From: Macrostomum lignano
Lineage: Eukaryota
Assembly: GCA_002269645.1 (NCBI GenBank)
Contig: NIVC01002017.1
Location: forward strand, 1-64,000
Length of the DNA stretch: 64,000 nt
Direction of reading: 5' to 3'
Notes under the pieces: generated by a model
The model's database searches: none
What the model was told of the DNA's origin: nothing
What the model saw: only the letters and a program-made list of their open reading frames with translations
Made by a program: the position numbers and the translations under genes
In this document: positions 56,601 to 64,000 of the stretch, one piece after another
How positions within the stretch are numbered: position 1 is the first letter of the stretch
How the letters are laid out: the number at the start of each line of letters is the position of its first letter

Positions 56601-59600
56601 AATCGGCTGTTTTCTAACCGGCTGTTTTCTAACCGGCTGTTTTCTAACCGGCTGTTTTCTAACCGGCTGTTTTCTAACCGCCTGTTTTCTAACCGCCTGT
56701 TTTCTAACCGGCTGTTTTCTAACCGGCCGTTTTCTAATTGAACTGTTTTCTAATCGAACTGTTTTCTAATCGGCTGTTTTCTAATCGGCTGTTTTCTAAT
56801 CGGCTGTTTTCTAATCAGCTGTTTTCTAATCGGCTGTTTTCTAACCGGCTGTTTTCTAATCGGCTGTTTTCTAACCGGCTGTTTTCTAACCGGCTGTTTT
56901 CTAATCGGCTGTTTTCTAATCGGCTGTTTTCTAATCGGCTGTTTTCTAATCGGCTGTTTTCTAATCTAATCTATCTGTTTTCTAGTTTTCTGACCTGCAT
57001 TCTTACCTACGAGTAATACGAGGTATGACTACTAAGTTAATTCGTACTTACTTATAGGTTTTTCCGTCCCAATTTGTAATATATTTGCAATATTCACTGG
57101 TACTTTGGGCCATAGTGTTTTGTGTTCTTTCAACTATTTACAGCCTATCAGAGCAGAATGCTTGGTCACCACAGAGTCGGTCACACTTACATGGAGTAGG
57201 GACAGGCTATTCAAGAAAATGTCAAGTGATTATTGGATTCTATGTAATTAACCTGCGCTTTAGCATCAAATTTCCGACCGACACCGAGGTAAAATTCTCT
57301 GCTATAGGCTGAAAAGTAATTGCAGCCTGTTTATAAAATTTCAACAAGAGAATTTTGTCGAACTGTTACTGCTATGACTATCTGAATGACCATTGAGCAC
57401 ATGGGCGGAATCAGGGGATCAGGGGCGGAATCAGGGGGAGCAGGGGCGGAATCAGGGGGATCAGGGATGGAATCAGGGGGATCAGGGGCGGAATCAGGGG
57501 GATCAGGGGCGGAATCAGGGGGATCAGGGGCGGAATCAGGGGGATCAGGGGCGGAATCAGGGGGAGCATAGGCAGAATCAGGGGGATCAGGGGCGGAATC
57601 GGGGGAGCAGGGGTGGAATCAGGGGGATCATGGGCAGAATCAGGGGGATCAGGGGCGGAATTAGGGGGATCAGGGGCGGAATCAGGGGGGTCACAGGCGG
57701 AATCAGAGGGATCAGGGGTGGAATCAGGGGGATCAGGGGCGGAATCAGGGGGAGCATAGGCGGAATCAGGGGGATCAGGGGCGGAATCGGGGGAGCAGGG
57801 GTGGAATCAGGGGATCATGGGCAGAATCAGGGGGATCAGGGGCGGAATTAGGGGGATCAGGGGCGGAATCAGGGGGGTCACAGGCGGAATCAGAGGGATC
57901 AGGGGTGGAATCAGGGGGATCAGGGGTGGAATCAGGGGGATCAGGGGCGGAATCAGGGGGAGCATGGGCAGAATCAGGGGGATCAGGGGCGGAATCAGGG
58001 GGATCAGGGGCGGAATCAGGGGGATCAGGGGCGGAATTAGGGGGATCAGGGGCGGAATCACGGGGGTCACAGGCGGAATTAGGGGGATCAGGGGCGGAAT
58101 CAGGGGGATCAGGGGCGGAATCAGGGGGATCAGGGGCGGAATTAGGGGGATCAGGGGCGGAATCAGGGGGGTCACAGGCGGAATTAGGGGATCAGGGGCG
58201 GAATCAGGGGGGTCATGAGCGGAATCAGGGGGATCAGGGGCGGAATCGGGGATCACGGGCGGAATCAGGGGGATCAGGGGCGGAATCGGGGGATCACGGG
58301 CGGAATCAGGGGGATCAGGGGCGGAATCGGGGGAGCAGGGGTGGAATCAGGGGATCAGGGGCGGAATCGGGGGAGCAGGGGTGGAATCAGGGGGATCAGG
58401 GGCGGAATCGGGGGAGCAGGGGTGGAATCAGGGGGATCAGGGGCGGAATCAGGGGGAGCAGGGGCGGAATCAGGGGGATCACGGGCGGAATCAGGGGGAT
58501 CAGGGGCGGAATCGGGGGAGCAGGGGTGGAATCAGGGGGATCAGGGGCGGAATCGGGGGAGCAGGGGTGGAATCAGGGGGATCAGGGGCGGAATCGGGGG
58601 AGCAGGGGTGGAATCAGGGGGATCAGGGGCGGAATCGGGGGGATCAGGGGCGGAATCAGAGGAGCAGTCAGGTGTCGGAGTAGTCACTGACCAATCCAGT
58701 TCAGCTCTGCCAAGGACACGGTCTGGTTGAACTCCACGTGCAGCTGCGCCACGAAGACCCCGAAGGCGCGCCGCTTGCCGCCCAAGAAGATGACATTGGT
58801 GGCAGCGCAGGCCAGCACCAGCCAGGCCCAGAAAGGGCGCGCGTAGACGCCGGTGCTTCTAAAAGAATTTTTAACGAAAAAAGAGATTGACTTTGTGCTG
58901 TAGTAAATCCGAATAAATACGATTCATACACAAGCTCATTGTGCTTATCAGATATTCAAAATGATGACAGTGCCGCAGTGACACGTTGCTAATGGCAGTG
59001 TGACACATCTGCTGTTTAACAATGTGACACAGTGTGACACATCTCCTGTTTAACAATGTGACAGTGTGACACATGTGCTGTTTAACAATGTGACACGGTG
59101 TGACACATGTGCTGTTTAACAATGTGACATAGTGTGACACATCTCCTGTTTAACAATGTGACACAGTGTGACACATCTTCTGTTATGACAGTATGAGACA
59201 GTGTGGCACATCAGTTATGACAGTATGAGACAAAGTGACACATCAGTTATGACAGTATGAGACAGTGTGACACATCAGTTATGACAGTATGAGACAGTGT
59301 GACACATATGTTATGACAGTATGAGACAGTGAGACACATTTCAGTTATGACAGTATGAGACAGTGTGGCACATCAGTTATGACAGTATGAGACAAAGTGA
59401 CACATCAGTTATGACAGTATGAGACAGTGTGGCACATCAGTTATGACAGTATGAGACAGTGTGACACATCAGTTATGACAGTATGAGACAGTGTGACACG
59501 TCAGTTATGACAGTATGAGACAGTGTGACACATCAGTTATGACAGTATGAGACAGTGTGACACATATCAGTTATGACAGTATAACACAGTGTGACACATC

Positions 59601-60649
59601 AGTTAAGACAGTATGAGACAAAGTGACACATCAGTTATGACAGTATGAGACAGTGTGGCACATCAGTTATGACAGTATGAGACAAAGTGACACATCAGTT
59701 ATGACAGTATGAGACAGTGTGGCACATCAGTTATGACAGTATGAGACAAAGTGACACATCAGTTATGACAGTATGAGACAGTGTGGCACATCAGTTATGA
59801 CAGTATGAGACAGTGTGGCACATCAGTTATGACAGTATGAGACAGTGTGACACATATCAGTTATGACAGTATGAGACAAAGTGACACATATCAGCTATGA
59901 CAGTATGACACAGTGTGACACATCAGTTATGACAGTATGAGACAGTGTGACACATCAGTTAAGACAGTATGAGACAAAGTGACACATCAGTTATGACAGT
60001 ATGAGACAGTGTGGCACATCAGTTATGACAGTATGAGACAGTGTGGCACATCAGTTATGACAGTATGAGACAGTGTGACACATATGTTATGACAGTATGA
60101 GACAGTGTGGCACATCAGTTATGACAGTATTGAGACAGTGTGACACGTCAGTTATGACAGTATGACACAGTGTGACACATCAGTTATGACAGTATGAGAC
60201 AGTGTGGCACATCAGTTATGACAGTATGAGACAGTGTGACACATCAGTTATGACAGTATGACACAGTGTGACACATCAGTTATGACAGTATGACACAGTG
60301 TGACACATCAGTTATGACAGTATGAGACAAAGTGACACATCAGTTATGACAGTATGACACAGTGTGACACATATCAGTTATGACAGTATGAAACAGTGTG
60401 ACACATCAGTTATGACAGTATGAGACAGTGTGACACATCAGTTATGACAGTATGAGACAGTGTGACACATATCAGCTATGACAGTATGAGACAGTGTGAC
60501 ACATCAGTTATTACAGTATGAAACAAAGTGACACAGTGTGACTGAAATCTGTGAGATGACCACTCCACTTACTCAAACAGTCCTTGCCGTTCCCCTTTGG
60601 ATTCTTCAGCTTCCGCCTGCTTCTTCTCCTGCTCAGATTCTGTCGACAT
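53656..60649 (-). CDS. MFS transporter, SLC16/monocarboxylate-transporter-like, complement(join(53656..54336,55070..55548,58692..58858,60573..60649)), 467 aa
   Basis: N-terminal FWAWLVLACAA...RAFGVFVAQL..EF...S.AELNWIG resembles SLC16 TM1-2. About 12 hydrophobic segments follow. Intron phases 2,1,0 close the frame with GT-AG sites. Confidence 0.85.
54372..55022. repeat. 22-bp minisatellite (GTAGCTGAGTGATTGGTGTGTG), MCT-like intron 3
   Basis: About 29 tandem copies. Confidence 0.95.
55570..56968. repeat. 15-bp minisatellite (CTGTTTTCTAACCGG), about 90 copies, MCT-like intron 2
   Basis: Direct reading. Confidence 0.97.
57403..58660. repeat. 21-bp G-rich minisatellite (GGATCAGGGGCGGAATCAGGG), MCT-like intron 2
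   Basis: Direct reading. Confidence 0.96.
58975..60540. repeat. 32-bp minisatellite (GTGTGACACATCAGTTATGACAGTATGAGACA), preceded by a related 33-34-bp variant, MCT-like intron 1
   Basis: The unit switches at about 59180. Confidence 0.96.
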
Positions 60650-61387
60650 GTTGCTTTTAAACAGCCTTAATAAATGGCAAATTAAAAAGTATACTGTACG
60701 AATTTAAAGTGTATTGAGGCCGACAAAGTTTAAAATCAAGATCTGAAGAACTCTGACTGGGACGGGCAACAGACTGAGAAAAAGGTGCAGTGCAAGGTTT
60801 GCAGAGACGCGCAAAACTATAAGTGAACTAACTCAACTGCAGTGAGAGCTCAGCAGGTGAGTCGCTAGCAAGCTGCTCACACGCTCAACTGTTGGCACGT
60901 GTTTTAGTGTGTGTTGGAATTTTTTGGCCGAGAGGCTTGAGGGGTGTTGGGGTTGTTGGGCTCAACCCCCCGACTCTCTCTGCCTCCTTTTCTCCAGTCG
61001 GACGAGAAGCTCGGGCTGTACAGTGGGGTGAGAGAGTCAGGGTACCTCTGGAGGGGTGCAGGGTGACAACTGGTCAATCTTAGCGAACTGGCTGTGGGCC
61101 CTGGCGTGCTCTGTACTCAGTCAACAGTAGATATTTACTATAAGAATTCTTTTGATACAGCGGAGAGCCTTCTAAGTTAATAATGCACAATTTCTTTCTG
61201 GCATTGATGGCACAGGGACCGCCCCATCTCTTTGCTAACTCATTGCCCTGTTCTTGTCTTCTTTTTGTTGCCTCACTTCCATGAGATGAGGGTCGCTTCG
61301 CCGTTTCCTGGTGGCCAGAAGGCAATACTGCGGTGTGAGACTGAGAGATGATAGAAATAAATTTATGCGCAGTGATAAAATACTGAT

Positions 61388-61742
61388 TGAATGAGTGAGT
61401 GAGTGAGTGAGTGAGTGAGTGAGTGAGTGAGTGAGTGAGTGAGTGAGTGAGTGAGTGAGTGAGTGAGTGAGTGAGTGAGTGAGTGAGTGAGTGAGTGAGT
61501 GAGTGAGTGAGTGAGTGAGTGAGTGAGTGAGTGAGTGAGTGAGTGAGTGAGTGAGTGAGTGAGTGAGTGAGTGAGTGAGTGAGTGAGTGAGTGAGTGAGT
61601 GAGTGAGTGAGTGAGTGAGTGAGTGAGTGAGTGAGTGAGTGAGTGAGTGAGTGAGTGAGTGAGTGAGTGAGTGAGTGAGTGAGTGAATGAGTGAGTGAGG
61701 GAATGAGTGAGTGAGTGAATGAATGAATGAAGGAGTGAATGA
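61388..61742. repeat. (GAGT)n microsatellite
   Basis: Direct reading. Confidence 0.98.
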
Positions 61743-62014
61743 ATTTACCACTAATTTTTAATGCAGGATACAGGAAGGGAAGAAGAAAAACTTGAATCTG
61801 GCCAATGAGGATGGCCCATCCCATCCCACAGTATTCTTCATCTCATCCACAGACTAGGCAGCGAATTTTTCCCTTTTTGCGCGCCCTTTGCTGTGTTCTG
61901 AAGCTGCGAGCAGCCTTAGCCGCAACGCTGCAAACCTCCCAGCCATTTCGGTAAGTATCGGTGCCTGACATCTTTCCGACTTAGTCACTGGGAACCTTCT
62001 CGGTAGACACACTT

Positions 62015-63130
62015 CTGTGTGACTCTCCCTGACACCCTGTGACTCCCAGTGACTCTCCGAGATACTCTGTGACTCTCCGTGACACTCTGTGACTCTCCGC
62101 GACACTCTGTGACTCTCTGTAACACTCTGTGACTCTCCGCGACACTCTGTGACTTTCTGTAACACTCTGTGACTCTCTGTACTCGTAACACTCTGTGACT
62201 CTCCGAGACACTCTGTGACTCTCCGAGACACTCTGTGACTCTCCGTAACACTGTGACTCTCTGTAACACTCTGTGACTCTCCGTAACACTCTGTGACTCT
62301 CCGTAACACTCTGTGACTCTCTGTAACACTCTGTGACTCTCCGAGACACACTGCTGAGACTCTTCGTAACACTCTGTGACTCTCCGCGACACTCTGTGAC
62401 TCTCCGAGACACTCTGTGACTCTCCGTAACACTCTGTGACTCTCCGTAACACTCTGTGACTCTCCGTAACACTCTGTGACTCTCCGTAACACTCTGTGAC
62501 TCTCCGAGACACTCTGTGACTCTCCGAGACACTCTGTGACTCTCCGAGACACTCTGTGACTCTCTGTAACACTCTGTGACTCTCCGAGACACTCTGTGAC
62601 TCTCTGTAACACTCTGTGACTCTCCGAGACACTCTGTGACTCTCTGTAACACTCTGTGACTCTCTGTAACACTCTGTGACTCTCCGAGACACTCTGTGAC
62701 TCTCCGTAACACTCTGTGACTCTCCGAGACACTCTGTGACTCTCCGTAACACTCTGTGACTCTCTGTAACACTCTGTGACTCTCCGAGACACTCTGTGAC
62801 TCTCCGTAACACTCTGTGACTCTCCGTAACACTCTGTGACTCTCCGAGACACTCTTTGACTCTCCGAGACACTCTGTGACTCTCCGCGACACTCTGTGAC
62901 TCTCCGAGACACTCTGTGACTCTCCGAGGCACACTGCTGGGACTCTTCGTAACACTCCGCGGCTCTTCGTGACTTCCCGTGACTCTCGATAACTCTTTGA
63001 CTGTCTGTGATTCTTTGTGACTCTATATGGCTCGCCATGACTCACTGTGACTTCCTGTGAATCTCCGTGACTCTTCGTGGCTCCCAGTCTCTCCCAATAG
63101 CTTTCTGCCACTCTCTGTGACACCCTGCAT
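62015..63130. repeat. 20-bp minisatellite (ACACTCTGTGACTCTCCG[AG/TA])
   Basis: Direct reading, with degenerate edges. Confidence 0.95.
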
Positions 63131-63579
63131 CTCTCTCCCAGTTTTCTGGCAAAAATCCTTCAAATCAGACTGACACCAGCGCCCCCCAGCCGCGGTCAAA
63201 AAGCCATTAAAAAATCCAAACCCCAGCGCCTGAATTTCCCCAACAGCTGTTTTTTTCAAGCTCCAAGAGTCTTCTTCTGCGCCTCTATGCCCCTGTGTTT
63301 GCCTGAATCCTTCCCTTGTTCACTTGGGCTGTCGTGATGAGATTTTTAACACAGAGCGCCGCTGCTGCCACTGGCAGGATGACAGCTCTTGAGTATTGAT
63401 GAAGCAAAGAATCACAACCTAACTGAACGAGGGGAGACTCCAGACAGTTCGACGGCGTAGAGGACTTGAGAAATCAGTCATAATTTTGTAGTTATGACTC
63501 TTTTGCACGCTTTTTTCATTTCATCAGCCGTGTGTTGTTTTAAAAAGAACGCGCAAAACTTTTTTAAAAACTCCCGAAT

Positions 63580-64000
63580 TCACTCATGAACTCACCCATG
63601 AACTCACTCATGAACTCACTCATGAACTCACTCATGAACTCACTGAACTCATAAACTCACTCATGAACTCACTCATGAACTCACTCATGAACTCACTCAT
63701 GAACTCACTCATGAAATCGATGATGAACTCATTCATGAACTCACTCATAAACTCACTCATGAACTCACTCATGAAATCGATGATGAACTCATTCAGGAAC
63801 TCACTCATGAACTCACTCATGAACTCACTCATGAAATCGATGATGAACTCATTCATGAACTCACTCATAAAATCACTCATAAACTCACTCATGAACTCAC
63901 TCATGAAATCGATTATGAACTCACTCACTCACTCACTCACTCACTCACTCACTCACTCACTCACTCACTCACTCACTCACTCACTCACTCACTCACTCAC
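63580..64000. repeat. 12-bp (TGAACTCACTCA) array grading into (CACT)n, running off the window end
   Basis: Direct reading. Confidence 0.95.

Overview
Eukaryotic (animal) genomic DNA with GC-rich exons and an extreme tandem-repeat load: about 30 distinct mini/microsatellite arrays cover roughly 27 kb (about 40%) by my approximate count. The composition resembles the flatworm Macrostomum, but that is inference. I rebuilt seven protein-coding genes by hand from splice sites and frame continuity. They are an intronless DEG/ENaC channel with one frameshift (-), a calmodulin-like EF-hand protein (+), a 4-exon gene I cannot assign (+), a Lst2/ZFYVE28 FYVE protein (+), a klumpfuss-like C2H2 zinc-finger factor (-), an alpha-arrestin (+) and an SLC16/MCT-like MFS transporter (-). 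Mobile DNA comprises two decayed RTE-like non-LTR retrotransposon copies and several short hAT-type MITEs with 8-bp target-site duplications, including three copies of a 172-175 bp near-palindromic element centred on GTCACGTGAC. The most striking pattern is that all 14 modelled coding-region introns carry their own private tandem array. In lst2 intron 1 the array unit is a copy of the 3' splice site itself (pyrimidine tract + CAG|GTGACC), repeated about 20 times. I found no rRNA, tRNA or CRISPR. Most long ORFs in the track are translations of tandem repeats.
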